Source: a virus (Duplodnaviria > Caudoviricetes). From it: a DNA stretch of 56,124 nucleotides. A program made the position numbers and the translations under genes. Below, one piece after another: positions 1 through 8,935 of the stretch; position 1 is the stretch's first letter; every line of letters begins with the position of its first letter. The notes beneath the pieces are model-generated. The model worked only from the letters and a program-made list of their open reading frames with translations, did not search any database and had not been told where the DNA came from. The stretch is from IMG/VR virus record IMGVR_UViG_3300038749_000008, positions 1-56,124 of that record; one strand, 5' to 3'.

Positions 1-426
1 ATGATGTTGGCATATGCGGTGAAACTGAACCTCGACGACAACGGCACGATCCTCGTCACCTGCCCCGCCCTCCCCGAAGTAACGACCTTCGGCGACGACG
101 AGGAGGATGCGATCCGCCGCGCGGAAGCGGCGATCGAGGAAGCCCTGGCGGCCAGAATTGGCGCTGGCGAGGATATCCCCGAGACGCGCGTGACACCGCG
201 CGGCCCCAATATTTTGCTTCCCGCCCTGACGGCCATAAAGGTGGAGCTTTACCGCGCCCTGCGAAGCGAGGGAGTGACGCCGGCGGAAATGGCGCGGCGG
301 CTGAAGTGGCACCGCGAGCAGGTCGACCGCCTCTTCCGGCTCGATCACGCATCAAGGCTCGATCAGATGGAAGCCGCTTTCAAGTCGCTCGGCCGCCGCC
401 TCGACGTGGAAGTGAAGGCTGCTTGA
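1..426 (+). CDS. hicB: HicB family antitoxin (type II TA) with C-terminal HTH
   Basis: N-terminal 'LVTCPALPEVTTFGDDEEDA...AIEEAL' HicB motif plus HTH 'VTPAEMARRLKWHREQVDRL'; the hicA partner would lie upstream of the window. Confidence 0.9.
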   Translation: MMLAYAVKLNLDDNGTILVTCPALPEVTTFGDDEEDAIRRAEAAIEEALAARIGAGEDIPETRVTPRGPNILLPALTAIKVELYRALRSEGVTPAEMARRLKWHREQVDRLFRLDHASRLDQMEAAFKSLGRRLDVEVKAA

Positions 427-454
427 AGGCGAGCCGCTCGACGCAATCGAAAAC

Positions 455-495
455 AAAAAAAGCCCCGCCCGGCGTTATGCCAGGCGGGGCTTTTT
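455..495. terminator. Bidirectional intrinsic terminator between convergent hicB and the late operon
   Basis: A7-GCCCCGCC...GGCGGGGC-T5. Confidence 0.85.
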
Positions 496-550
496 CATTC
501 CTTGCAGAGACCGTCGCGCGATCTCTGCAGGGGGAACGAATGCGAACGTA

Positions 551-796
551 TTATCCGGCGGAGGCTTCCGCCGCCGCGCGCAGTTCGGGCCAGTCGTTCG
601 TATCGCCGTCATTGGCGCGGAGCATGACGCCCGTGTTGATGGCGCCGAAATGCTCCTTCAGTTCGTCGGGCCGTCTGCCGAAGAGGCTTTCGGCGCTGAC
701 GTTGCAATAGTCTTCCTGCGGCGACAGTTCAGTAACGATCGCCGGGATCAACACCCGGTCGCCGACTTTCAGTTCACGGCCCTTCGCGTCGTGCAT
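551..796 (-). CDS. Small hypothetical protein (KOW/SH3-like start 'GRELKVGDRV'), last gene of the late operon
   Basis: RBS CAGGAGAG 4 nt before ATG at 796; 81 aa. Confidence 0.7.
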   Translation of the reverse strand: MHDAKGRELKVGDRVLIPAIVTELSPQEDYCNVSAESLFGRRPDELKEHFGAINTGVMLRANDGDTNDWPELRAAAEASAG

Positions 797-881
797 CGTT
801 CTCTCCTGTGAAAATGCCCGCGCGAAGCGGGCTGTTGCTTGCAGGGTTTTAATCGGACGGACCCGGCGAAACCGGAACCTC

Positions 882-1154
882 TCATTGCGGAGGCGGCGCG
901 GCCGTCGCGGCGCGGCAGGCCTTCGCCAGCGTCGCCTGCCGAGCCGCGCAAACCTCATAGGCCGCCTGCACGGCATCCCGATTGACAAGCACATAATCCC
1001 CTGACCTCGGGAGGTCGAGCACCACGCAGGCCGCGAGCAAGGACTCGTCAATCCGGGGCGGCGGCACGTGCAGCGGCGCGGCGGGCGGCGGCGTTCTGGC
1101 GCAGCAGCTCAATATCGTCATCGCTAAAACGGCAACCGCCGTGCGCCGCCACAT
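882..1154 (-). CDS. o-spanin (Rz1-like lipoprotein)
   Basis: Signal 'MWRRTAVAVLAMTILSC' with lipobox, proline-rich mature part, overlaps the i-spanin 3' end in another frame. Confidence 0.75.
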   Translation of the reverse strand: MWRRTAVAVLAMTILSCCARTPPPAAPLHVPPPRIDESLLAACVVLDLPRSGDYVLVNRDAVQAAYEVCAARQATLAKACRAATAAPPPQ

Positions 1155-1446
1155 AGGTCTTGACCACATTCTGACCCTCCTTCGCTGCATTGATGATTGC
1201 CTGCTCGCGGGCGATGCCGCCGCGCGCGTAATCGCCGAGCATGTCGGCCAGCGCCGCCGCGCGTGTCAGTGCCTCGCCCGTCGAGACGAGCGCGCCCTCG
1301 GCACGGTCGGCGCGCGCTTCCTCGGCGTCCCTCCCAAGCCGCCAGCCGTTGACGGTCCAGCCCGCGCCGAAAGCGGCCGAGACGGAGACGGCGAACGCGG
1401 CGGCCAGCGCCGCCATCCGGTATTGAACCGGGATCAGGTCGATCAT
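1048..1446 (-). CDS. i-spanin (Rz-like)
   Basis: N-terminal TM 'AALAAAFAVSVSAAFGAGWTVNGWRLG', coiled-coil, C-terminal Cys; ATGA overlap with the endolysin stop. Confidence 0.8.
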   Translation of the reverse strand: MIDLIPVQYRMAALAAAFAVSVSAAFGAGWTVNGWRLGRDAEEARADRAEGALVSTGEALTRAAALADMLGDYARGGIAREQAIINAAKEGQNVVKTYVAAHGGCRFSDDDIELLRQNAAARRAAARAAAPD

Positions 1447-1928
1447 CGAACAGCCTCCTTGAAACCTTCGATGCATAACTCGCGCTCGGCCGCGCGGCGC
1501 TTCACGAGGCCGGGAAGCTTTTTTCCACCGGCATAGACGAAGCGCAGCATCTCGTCGCAGGCGGCCGCGCCCTCGCCCGCATTGAGCCGCCGCGCGAGAG
1601 TCGAGCGGCAATAGGCACCGCCGCCGACATTGAACGTGAAACTCGCCAGTGCGGCGCGGGTCGGTTCTCCTAACCTGGCGCGAGTGCAGCGAGCCACGTC
1701 GGCGAATGCCTTGCCGAGATCACCAGCGAGAAGCGCCTCGCATTCCGTTCTGGAATAGGTCCGGCCCATCTCGACATTTCCGGTATGACCCGTGCAAACG
1801 GTAGGAATATCGACCGGATCGAGATATGGCGTCTGCCTCGTTCCCTCGAAATAGCCGACCGTCGCGACGGCAAGAGCCATAGCGCCGGCTCCACCGGCCG
1901 CGAGCCGCTTTCTAAGCTGCGGGTCCAT
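1443..1928 (-). CDS. SAR endolysin, GH24 lysozyme (phage 21 R-like)
   Basis: Gly/Ala-rich SAR segment, catalytic E-x8-D-x5-T (EGTRQTPYLDPVDIPT), 'FNVG', 'LPGLVKRRAAERELC'. Confidence 0.93.
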   Translation of the reverse strand: MDPQLRKRLAAGGAGAMALAVATVGYFEGTRQTPYLDPVDIPTVCTGHTGNVEMGRTYSRTECEALLAGDLGKAFADVARCTRARLGEPTRAALASFTFNVGGGAYCRSTLARRLNAGEGAAACDEMLRFVYAGGKKLPGLVKRRAAERELCIEGFKEAVR

Positions 1929-2175
1929 CGGAGCTCCTGTTCTGCTTTATGAGGCGGACGACGATCCCCAATACGGACAGCGAGGTCATGGCGACGACGA
2001 CCCATTTCGGCGCCGTGGCCGTAATGCAGTCGCGGAAGGATTGCGGGGCGGCCTCGATGAGAAGCGACAGGATGCCGGTCACGCCGATCGCGGCGTAGAC
2101 CCAGGTCGACCACCATTTCAGGACGTTGCGCGCGTCCTCGACGAGGTGTGCCTCGATCAAATCGACGATCTTCAT
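1912..2175 (-). CDS. Holin (2 predicted TM helices)
   Basis: 'KWWSTW' followed by two hydrophobic segments and a basic 'VRLIKQ' tail, directly upstream of the endolysin. Confidence 0.75.
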   Translation of the reverse strand: MKIVDLIEAHLVEDARNVLKWWSTWVYAAIGVTGILSLLIEAAPQSFRDCITATAPKWVVVAMTSLSVLGIVVRLIKQNRSSDGPAA

Positions 2176-2188
2176 ATTCTCACCAATG

Positions 2189-2211
2189 AAAAGGCCGCCC
2201 ATCAGGCGGCC
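2189..2211 (-). terminator. Terminator-like hairpin upstream of the holin
   Basis: GGCCGCC-TGATG-GGCGGCC-TTTT on the minus strand. Confidence 0.55.
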
Positions 2212-2262
2212 GTGTAATAGACGTTAGCTATTTTTTGCGAAGCAGCCGAAAGCCGTCACGGT

Positions 2263-3462
2263 TCACATTGCATGCCAGCGGTTAGTCACCCCGGACCAAT
2301 AAATCTGCTGACCCTGATTTGGAGCCAGCGTGATGTTGGCCGGGAAACCGAACCTGTTTTGAGCCTGACTTGCACCGTCCTGTGCCTGAAGGACGATGTT
2401 GTTCGATCCGACGTTCAGGATGTAGACGATGCGCCCATCGCCACCGCCGGTGAGGCCGCGTATGGACCGGGTCGCATTCGACGACATCCGCAGCACTGTG
2501 ACCGTTCCGGCCAATGAATAATCCGCGACGTCGGCGGTCAGCATCGCTGGAGTGGTGCCGCCCTCCAGATAGAAGGCACGCTCCAGCCGCGTAGAGGAAT
2601 AGGCGAAATCGGTGGTCCAGATTGAGCGTTGGACACCGTCGTTTTCAGCCACATAAGACACGCGCCCCAGAGCCTTGTTGAAGACGAACCTTACCCCGGT
2701 ATCGATGTCGGTGTCCGACTGAAGAGCGAGAGCGGCTCCATCGGCCTGATCCGGAGCGAGGGCCGTGATCGTTCCGACGCCGGCGTAATCGTAAGGGTTG
2801 ATCCCTGCCATCGGTGAGAAATGCTGCTGGATCGCAAGGCCTGCCGGATTGTAGGGATAGCCGATCCCGCTATCTTCGAACGCCCGCCCGGTGAACACGG
2901 TCCAGCCGTTAGGCCGTATCCACATGCGATCGAAAGGCGTTCTCTTCCCCAGCGGCGTCGTACCGAAAACCAGGGCCCCGCCGCGCGCCGTCTGCGTCGG
3001 CGTCTCCATGAGCCACATGGAAATTTGGGCGTTGCGTCCTAGGTATTCCGCCCCACCGTAAGGGCTTTGGCTTGCCATGACGGCACCGCTGGTATCGAGC
3101 GGCCATCCGTAATGATAGAAACCGGGATAGGGAGCCGTCCGATAGGTCGGGCTGGCCGCAGTCCCATTGGCGATGATGACGCCGAGGTCGACAGTATCTC
3201 CGGGATCACCCCAAATCGTCGACCGCATGAGAATTTTCGGGCGATCATAGGTTTCGTCGATTCCTATCAGAGGATAGTCTGTCGGGCCGGCGGCATCGTT
3301 CCAGAGAGTGACGCGGTTCTTGCCGGAATAATTGACCTGCCTCCATTGCGCGGTATCGTCGGCCGCAACTGGAGAATTCTGGATCAAGAAAAAAACCCAG
3401 ACAACGGCGATGAGAGCTTTTGCAATAGCACACGCACGGTCGCGCCGATGCTCGCTTTTCAT
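2263..3462 (-). CDS. Tail-fibre-like beta protein with an N-terminal signal-peptide-like segment
   Basis: Basic N-region, hydrophobic 'ALIAVVWVFFLI', 'PVAA/DD'; fibre-like motifs 'NGTAASPT', 'GGALVFGTTP...DRMWI', and C-terminal 'GLTGGGDGRIVYILNVGS...NRF...W'. Confidence 0.6.
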   Translation of the reverse strand: MKSEHRRDRACAIAKALIAVVWVFFLIQNSPVAADDTAQWRQVNYSGKNRVTLWNDAAGPTDYPLIGIDETYDRPKILMRSTIWGDPGDTVDLGVIIANGTAASPTYRTAPYPGFYHYGWPLDTSGAVMASQSPYGGAEYLGRNAQISMWLMETPTQTARGGALVFGTTPLGKRTPFDRMWIRPNGWTVFTGRAFEDSGIGYPYNPAGLAIQQHFSPMAGINPYDYAGVGTITALAPDQADGAALALQSDTDIDTGVRFVFNKALGRVSYVAENDGVQRSIWTTDFAYSSTRLERAFYLEGGTTPAMLTADVADYSLAGTVTVLRMSSNATRSIRGLTGGGDGRIVYILNVGSNNIVLQAQDGASQAQNRFGFPANITLAPNQGQQIYWSGVTNRWHAM

Positions 3463-3528
3463 TGCGGCAATCCTTCCGATTTATGTGTGAATATTTAGAT
3501 GCAGTAGAAGTCGGAAGCCCGACGGGCG

Positions 3529-4041
3529 TCAGGAATCGTTTTGCGGTTCGCCCTCGTGCTCACCATTGTGGTTGACTACCGCCATCGCACTCTCCTTTTC
3601 CCAGATCGCGCGAAGTTCTGCATTGGCCGCCATCGCACTCTCCTCCGCCACCTGCCTTTCGGCTTCAAGCGCCGCTTCGATCGCGGCCGCGGCCGCGATC
3701 CACGGTGCCGCATAAGCCGCGCGGCCGACGCTTTCCGCATCCCACTGGGCCACCTCCGCCGCCGTCGCCGGCACTGCCGCCGCAGGCACAATCGCAAATG
3801 GCCTCCCAACCGGGACAGAGACATGCGCCGCGAAGCTCATTACTTCATCGTCAGTCATTTCGCGAAGATCTGGTGGCACCAAGCGCGCGCACTTTTGAGG
3901 CGGAACTCCTGGACTTGCAGGGACATCTTCTATCTTCATGCGCGGCGGAGAAGCCATTACGAGCATCCTAGGCGACATGACCGGCGTGACCGTGCAAATA
4001 TCGCTAGCCTCGTTCAAGTAGACGATTACCATGTCGGTCAT
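3529..4041 (-). CDS. Putative tail-fibre assembly/chaperone-like protein
   Basis: 'VPVGRPFAIVPAAAVP' motif resembling small proteins that follow tail fibres; position in the tail region. Confidence 0.5.
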   Translation of the reverse strand: MTDMVIVYLNEASDICTVTPVMSPRMLVMASPPRMKIEDVPASPGVPPQKCARLVPPDLREMTDDEVMSFAAHVSVPVGRPFAIVPAAAVPATAAEVAQWDAESVGRAAYAAPWIAAAAAIEAALEAERQVAEESAMAANAELRAIWEKESAMAVVNHNGEHEGEPQNDS

Positions 4042-4081
4042 AAGCTAGGTCTCCAGTTGAAACTCGGCGACGGTTTCGCAG

Positions 4082-5164
4082 ATGAATGAAAATCGGCTAA
4101 CACCCGGACAGTCGTGCTATCTCGATGCCGTGCGATATAGCGCCGCCATGCTCGTCGTTCTGCATCATGGCGCGGCCTATTTCTATCGGGATTTTTACTA
4201 TCCGTTCAGTCGCATGCATTTTTTGACAAATCTAGGATCTGTTGGTGTCGCGATATTCTTTGTACTGAGCGGGTTCGTCATCGCCTATTCGGCGCTGAGT
4301 AAATCCACATACGACTTCTCGCACTACGTCCTTGATCGCTTCACGCGTATCTATCTGGTTTTTTTTCCGGCTATTTTGCTTGCCGTCGCGGTCAATCTGG
4401 CAAATCTGCACATCGTCGGGGACAACGTGCCCAATATGGACATGTTCACCACTGGCAATTTCTTCGCGACGATCGGAATGCTCGGCGGCATCGTCAATGG
4501 TCACGCAGAGATCATGCCCTTCATAGGGCCGGCATGGACCATAAACTATGAGTGGTGGTTCTATATGCTTTTCGGCCTCGCGATGCTGCCGATGCGCGGC
4601 TGGACGATCCTGAAGTTTATAGCTTTCGTCGCAATCGCGTTTCTTGTAAGCCGCCTCGATAGTGTCATGGACCTATTTTTGCTGTGGAGCGCTGGCGCCG
4701 CCTGCGCGATCGTCTTTCTCAAAGTGAAAAACTGGAAATCGGTTGCCATAGCCATTCTTTTCTCATGGCTGTCGATCGTCGTCTGGCTTGGTCCCTCTGA
4801 ACAAATCGCAAGCGAGGCCATCGTAGTTGTCGCGGTATTGGTTGGACTAAGACTTTGCCGGGACATCGTGCCGTCACGTCAGTTTTCAGCGGCAACCAGT
4901 CGGCTTGCGGGATTTTCGTTCAGCCTTTATCTGACGCATATCATGGTGATATGGGCCGGGCGGCTAGTCGGGGATCATTTCGGACTATTTAGTCTATCGC
5001 AGAACGATGAACGGAAGTTTGCCGCGTTTCTTGCCGTGCTTCTACTTACAAATATATTTGCGCGCGCTTTCGCTTCACTTACTGAAGACAGGACCGCCAA
5101 TGTCCGTTCGGTTATGAGGAAAGTTCTCCGACTGGCACCATCGCGTCCGCTCCCGTACTCCTGA
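4082..5164 (+). CDS. Acyltransferase-3 (OafA/Oac-like) membrane O-acyltransferase moron
   Basis: 'LDAVRYSAAMLVVLHH', 'GVAIFFVLSGFVI', 'RFTRIY', 'WTINYEWWFY', 'SFSLYLTH'; about 10 TMs; lower GC; antisense to the late operon. Confidence 0.92.
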   Translation: MNENRLTPGQSCYLDAVRYSAAMLVVLHHGAAYFYRDFYYPFSRMHFLTNLGSVGVAIFFVLSGFVIAYSALSKSTYDFSHYVLDRFTRIYLVFFPAILLAVAVNLANLHIVGDNVPNMDMFTTGNFFATIGMLGGIVNGHAEIMPFIGPAWTINYEWWFYMLFGLAMLPMRGWTILKFIAFVAIAFLVSRLDSVMDLFLLWSAGAACAIVFLKVKNWKSVAIAILFSWLSIVVWLGPSEQIASEAIVVVAVLVGLRLCRDIVPSRQFSAATSRLAGFSFSLYLTHIMVIWAGRLVGDHFGLFSLSQNDERKFAAFLAVLLLTNIFARAFASLTEDRTANVRSVMRKVLRLAPSRPLPYS

Positions 5165-5175
5165 GAAGCCGCGGT

Positions 5176-5658
5176 CTATGTGCGGATCGGCCCACCGTTT
5201 GCCGAGCGGCGCCATTTTTGGCGGTTAGACCTATCCGAAGGAACGTCAGAAACATCCCAGACCTCACGCGCAACGGAATATGCCGGCGCGCTGATCTCGA
5301 ATATGAGAGCCATCGCTTCCATCTCTGAAAGCCCCCCCACTATGAGAGCGTCGACCCATCTCTTGGCCAGCGCATCGCGATCGTCAGCATCGATATCAGG
5401 CCGCCAGGATCTGTCCGAAAGTAACTTCGAAACCTCCCATGCCCTCACGATATCCAAAGAAACATCGCTCTGCGCTGTACAATGCGGAAAATGCTGCTTG
5501 ATCCATGCGCGCAGATCGTCTCGGCCGCAAAGCGTCGACGAAACGTTGCCGCCCGACGCCAAAGCGTCGATACATTCCCGCGCTGGATAAGTTATAGCCA
5601 CACTGCCATCTGGCATCGTCGAGACAAGACATTTATCAGGGGTCGACGGTAACACCAC
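5176..5658 (-). CDS. Putative tail-fibre assembly/chaperone-like protein
   Basis: 'DGSVAITYPA' start and 'DVSDVPSDRSNRQKW' end (PSDRxFRxAW-like); follows the tail fibre. Confidence 0.55.
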   Translation of the reverse strand: MVLPSTPDKCLVSTMPDGSVAITYPARECIDALASGGNVSSTLCGRDDLRAWIKQHFPHCTAQSDVSLDIVRAWEVSKLLSDRSWRPDIDADDRDALAKRWVDALIVGGLSEMEAMALIFEISAPAYSVAREVWDVSDVPSDRSNRQKWRRSANGGPIRT

Positions 5659-5667
5659 GACACACCT

Positions 5668-6681
5668 CTAAAGTTGCCCGAAACTAGTGGCGCAGACCGC
5701 GGAAACGTCCACCGGCGCTCCACTGGAATTTTGCGTCAATATGTGAAAAGAACCTGCGGAGATTGCACCAAGAACCACCTGTCCACCATTCGACGACAGC
5801 ATGACCGAACCATTTCCATTGGCATGCGCGGTTGTTCTGGTCACCGTGTAATCGCCGGTGCCGGCGTCAGTTATGGATGCGACGTTGTAGCTTCCGTTGA
5901 TGCTGATCGTTCCCGTTCCATTGAGAGATATCCAATCCTTTGCGGTACCTGGATGATATTTGACCGATGTCGCATCCGGATAACGATCTGCGGTTTCGCC
6001 CTCCATTTGCGCCTTGGTCGCCTTGGTGACTGCACCCTGGGCACCCGTCGCTGCTGTCGGCAGGCGCGCGGAGGGCACGGTGCCGCTGCCGATATCGCCG
6101 CCATCAACCGCCGATGCTACCCGCGTCGTGCCGTTCGAGCGCGGATAAGTGCCGGCAGCGCCGACCGCAAGCCGCGTGGCCGCGCCAGCCGTGCCGCCGA
6201 TGATCATGTCGCCCACCGCAGTCATCGGATTGATGTCGACGAAATGCTTGCCGTCAAGCTTGTCCGCGTCGACGCCGCCCCCCGCGCCTTGCGCGGCCAG
6301 ATCGAACAGCAACCCTCCAGCGGCGACCTTGACGAGCTTTCCGGCGTCGCCCGCGCCCGCCAGCGGCGTGGAGAGGAAAACCGCAAGCTTCGCCGAGAGC
6401 GTGACGTAGATATCCTTCGTTCCGGCAGGCCAGTTGACCGCTTCGTCGCTATTGCTCGACTCGAGGATCATATCCCGGCTCAAGGTCGTTCCGTCGGTCA
6501 GCGTGCCGATTCCGACTTCGGTATCCGCGCCGTTCCTCACGCAATAGCAGCACTGGTTCGCATTGCCGATCCGGGCGAGGAAATCCTGATAGCCGGTCGC
6601 CGCCGCGCCGGACAGCGTATAGCTGCCCGTCCCCGTTGTCGTCGTGGTGTCCTTGACGAGATCAGCCAGTTTGAAGGCCAT
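5668..6681 (-). CDS. Tail fibre protein
   Basis: 'ADLVKDTTTTTGTGSYTLSGA' anchor, 'DADKLDG', 'MTAVGDMIIG', C-terminal 'SYNVASITDAGTGDYTV'. Confidence 0.8.
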   Translation of the reverse strand: MAFKLADLVKDTTTTTGTGSYTLSGAAATGYQDFLARIGNANQCCYCVRNGADTEVGIGTLTDGTTLSRDMILESSNSDEAVNWPAGTKDIYVTLSAKLAVFLSTPLAGAGDAGKLVKVAAGGLLFDLAAQGAGGGVDADKLDGKHFVDINPMTAVGDMIIGGTAGAATRLAVGAAGTYPRSNGTTRVASAVDGGDIGSGTVPSARLPTAATGAQGAVTKATKAQMEGETADRYPDATSVKYHPGTAKDWISLNGTGTISINGSYNVASITDAGTGDYTVTRTTAHANGNGSVMLSSNGGQVVLGAISAGSFHILTQNSSGAPVDVSAVCATSFGQL

Positions 6682-7436
6682 TAGAGCCTCTCCTCGATCA
6701 GATATGACTTGGAATTCCGGCCTGGTGCGACGGCCACGCGATCGCTTGGCGTCTTCACCGTGCCGAACAGCGTGTCGCGACCGGGATTGTCGCTTTCGGC
6801 GTCGCGGCAGATCAGAATGTCGATATCGGTTCCGTTGACCCGGTCGAGATCGGCGATGAAACCGCCAATCTCGTCGTCGCCCAGCGCGCCGAATGAGACG
6901 TTCTCCACCCTCTGCTTCGGCCCGAGGTCGATATAGGTTTGGCCGCCTCGCGACTGAGCGGCCCGAGACAGAGATTTAAAGCCACTGGCCGCCCCCCACG
7001 ACACGTTGATGCGGGGCCGGAAGCCCTTGCTTACGAAAAGCCTGCCGGCCTGAAAATAGGAAAGCGCCTCATCCTCGACATCGATCCGGACATACGACCC
7101 GCTGGCCGGTTCCGCGAGAACGTGAACGAGCTGCGAATATTTTGGATCGACCGAGAGAACGCCGCTGTCATAGTTGAACGTCCCGAATGCCGCATCGCCG
7201 CCGATCCTGATCCGCATGGCGGTCTGGTCCGTCGCGTTGCAGCCTATCAAGGCGACGACATCGATATCGCTTTCATCGTCGAGAGCGAGCAGGAGGCCTG
7301 CAGGCAAGCCCGTCGACCGCCATTTTTTCGAGATGTGAACCGATTGCAGGAAAGAAGCAGGCAGGCTCGGATATGCCGTATCCGCCGCGATGATGCCACG
7401 GTCGGCGAAATTGTCGTAGGCGATGAAGGATTTCAT
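6681..7436 (-). CDS. Tail tip / distal tail protein
   Basis: 'SKKWRS', 'IDVVALIGCN', 'YFQAGRLF', 'SRGGQTY'; position in the tail tip cluster. Confidence 0.65.
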   Translation of the reverse strand: MKSFIAYDNFADRGIIAADTAYPSLPASFLQSVHISKKWRSTGLPAGLLLALDDESDIDVVALIGCNATDQTAMRIRIGGDAAFGTFNYDSGVLSVDPKYSQLVHVLAEPASGSYVRIDVEDEALSYFQAGRLFVSKGFRPRINVSWGAASGFKSLSRAAQSRGGQTYIDLGPKQRVENVSFGALGDDEIGGFIADLDRVNGTDIDILICRDAESDNPGRDTLFGTVKTPSDRVAVAPGRNSKSYLIEERL

Positions 7437-8935
7437 AGAAACACCGACAGAGTGCACTCATTGCCCGGCCCGTCGTCGCGGACACCCAGGACGAACATCG
7501 ATTTCCCGTTTTTCAGGTTCCATCGCGGATACTGGCCAAAGACCGTTGCGCCGATATCGATCGTGAAAGGCTGCGTCTTCACGGTGAACCGCAGGAACGA
7601 TCTCGGCGCGGAAAAGAGCGCAAGAAGTCTCAACGCCTCCTCTTCCGCGTCGACCCTGTAGGCGAAATGCGCGGCCTTCGGCGGAGCGTCCTGCGCGAGC
7701 AGGAAGGACACCTTGACCGCGTTGTCATGCGCTTCGCCGTATCTGTATTCCTGCGAAAGGAACACGCGGTCCGCGGCGGAAACGCCCGAGGCGAGGTCAT
7801 TTGTCATGACCTTCCAGTTACGCTGGTAGCCGACCCTCTGCCGCCAGCTCGGCGGGTAATAGGATGACGGCGGGTCGATCATCTTCACGTCGAGGATTTC
7901 ATCCTTCGTGAAGATCGCCTGCACCTCTCCGGCGGGCGGCAGGGATACCCGGCCGACCTGCAGGAGGCCGGTCCGCGAAAAGCTGCGATAGCCGCCTATG
8001 CCATCAAGAAGATCGTCGATGACGCGGGCTATGGAAACGTCGTCGCTGACGAAATAATTGACGGTCGCCGGTTGCAAATCGTTCAACGCATCGAAGCTGT
8101 CGAGATCGTAGTCGGCATCGTCCCAGCCCGCGCTTTCGGCAATGATGCGCTTGACGATATCAGCCGTCGTCTCGACGTAAACGTCGCCTGAATTCGAGCC
8201 GCGCACATCCGCCGTGATATCGCCCGCCGGGTTCTGCAGCAGCGTGATCGTGCCCGCCGCAAGATCAACCGTATATTGTGTGTCGGGCGTCAGGACGACG
8301 CCGCGGTCCCGGACCGCGTCGACCCCCTTCATCGGCCCGTCATGCGCCTGATAGAGCAGTGTCGCCGGATCGACGAGAGTGAGCGGGATGTTTGAGCACG
8401 GCCCCCAGCACTGCTGGATGGGCTTTCCCGTCATATCAGCCGTCCCGTCCGCCCCTCCGGTTCCCCCGTAATAGTGCCGGGCGATGGGCACCTCAAGCTC
8501 GTAACTCCAGTCGCGCAGCAAGACCTTGATGCCCGCCTCCGTCGGCGTCCATCCGCTCGCCGCTCCGTCGAAAATCGTGCCGAACGCGGCATAGGGAAAG
8601 TCCGGCCGCGGATCGCCGAGCTTCAGCGTCACCCGCCGCCCGTCTATGGCGTGGTTCTGGATGATGCTGTCGTAAAACCCGTCGCTGTTCTCAAGCTCGA
8701 TGGACCCGAAGCCGATGCTCGCGGCCGCGCCGACGCTGTCGCCGTTCAATATCGAACGTTCGAAGACCAGAGGCGTCTTCAGGCGGCTCTCGAAATAGGT
8801 GTTCTCCGGCGCGTCGTCCGGCTCGGTGATGAACGGATGCGTCGCCGCATAAATGATCTGTTCGACATAAGCCGGAAGCTCTCCGCCCTCGATCGCCGCC
8901 AGCGGCAGATCGGCGAGGGGCGCGAAGCCGAGCAT
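7433..8935 (-). CDS. Tail hub / baseplate-like protein
   Basis: 500 aa; 'GFGSIELENSDG', 'YGGTGGADG..GKPIQQCWG', 'VGYQRNW'; downstream of the tape measure. Confidence 0.7.
   Translation of the reverse strand: MLGFAPLADLPLAAIEGGELPAYVEQIIYAATHPFITEPDDAPENTYFESRLKTPLVFERSILNGDSVGAAASIGFGSIELENSDGFYDSIIQNHAIDGRRVTLKLGDPRPDFPYAAFGTIFDGAASGWTPTEAGIKVLLRDWSYELEVPIARHYYGGTGGADGTADMTGKPIQQCWGPCSNIPLTLVDPATLLYQAHDGPMKGVDAVRDRGVVLTPDTQYTVDLAAGTITLLQNPAGDITADVRGSNSGDVYVETTADIVKRIIAESAGWDDADYDLDSFDALNDLQPATVNYFVSDDVSIARVIDDLLDGIGGYRSFSRTGLLQVGRVSLPPAGEVQAIFTKDEILDVKMIDPPSSYYPPSWRQRVGYQRNWKVMTNDLASGVSAADRVFLSQEYRYGEAHDNAVKVSFLLAQDAPPKAAHFAYRVDAEEEALRLLALFSAPRSFLRFTVKTQPFTIDIGATVFGQYPRWNLKNGKSMFVLGVRDDGPGNECTLSVFL

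Noticed and set aside
1-2300. Second att site (duplicate of the tRNA-Met 3' end) near the left end
   Set aside because: No copy of the tRNA 3' sequence was seen by eye; it probably lies outside the window.
2263-6681. Invertible tail-fibre cassette (shufflon)
   Set aside because: No flanking inverted repeats or dedicated invertase seen; the only reversed gene is the acyltransferase.
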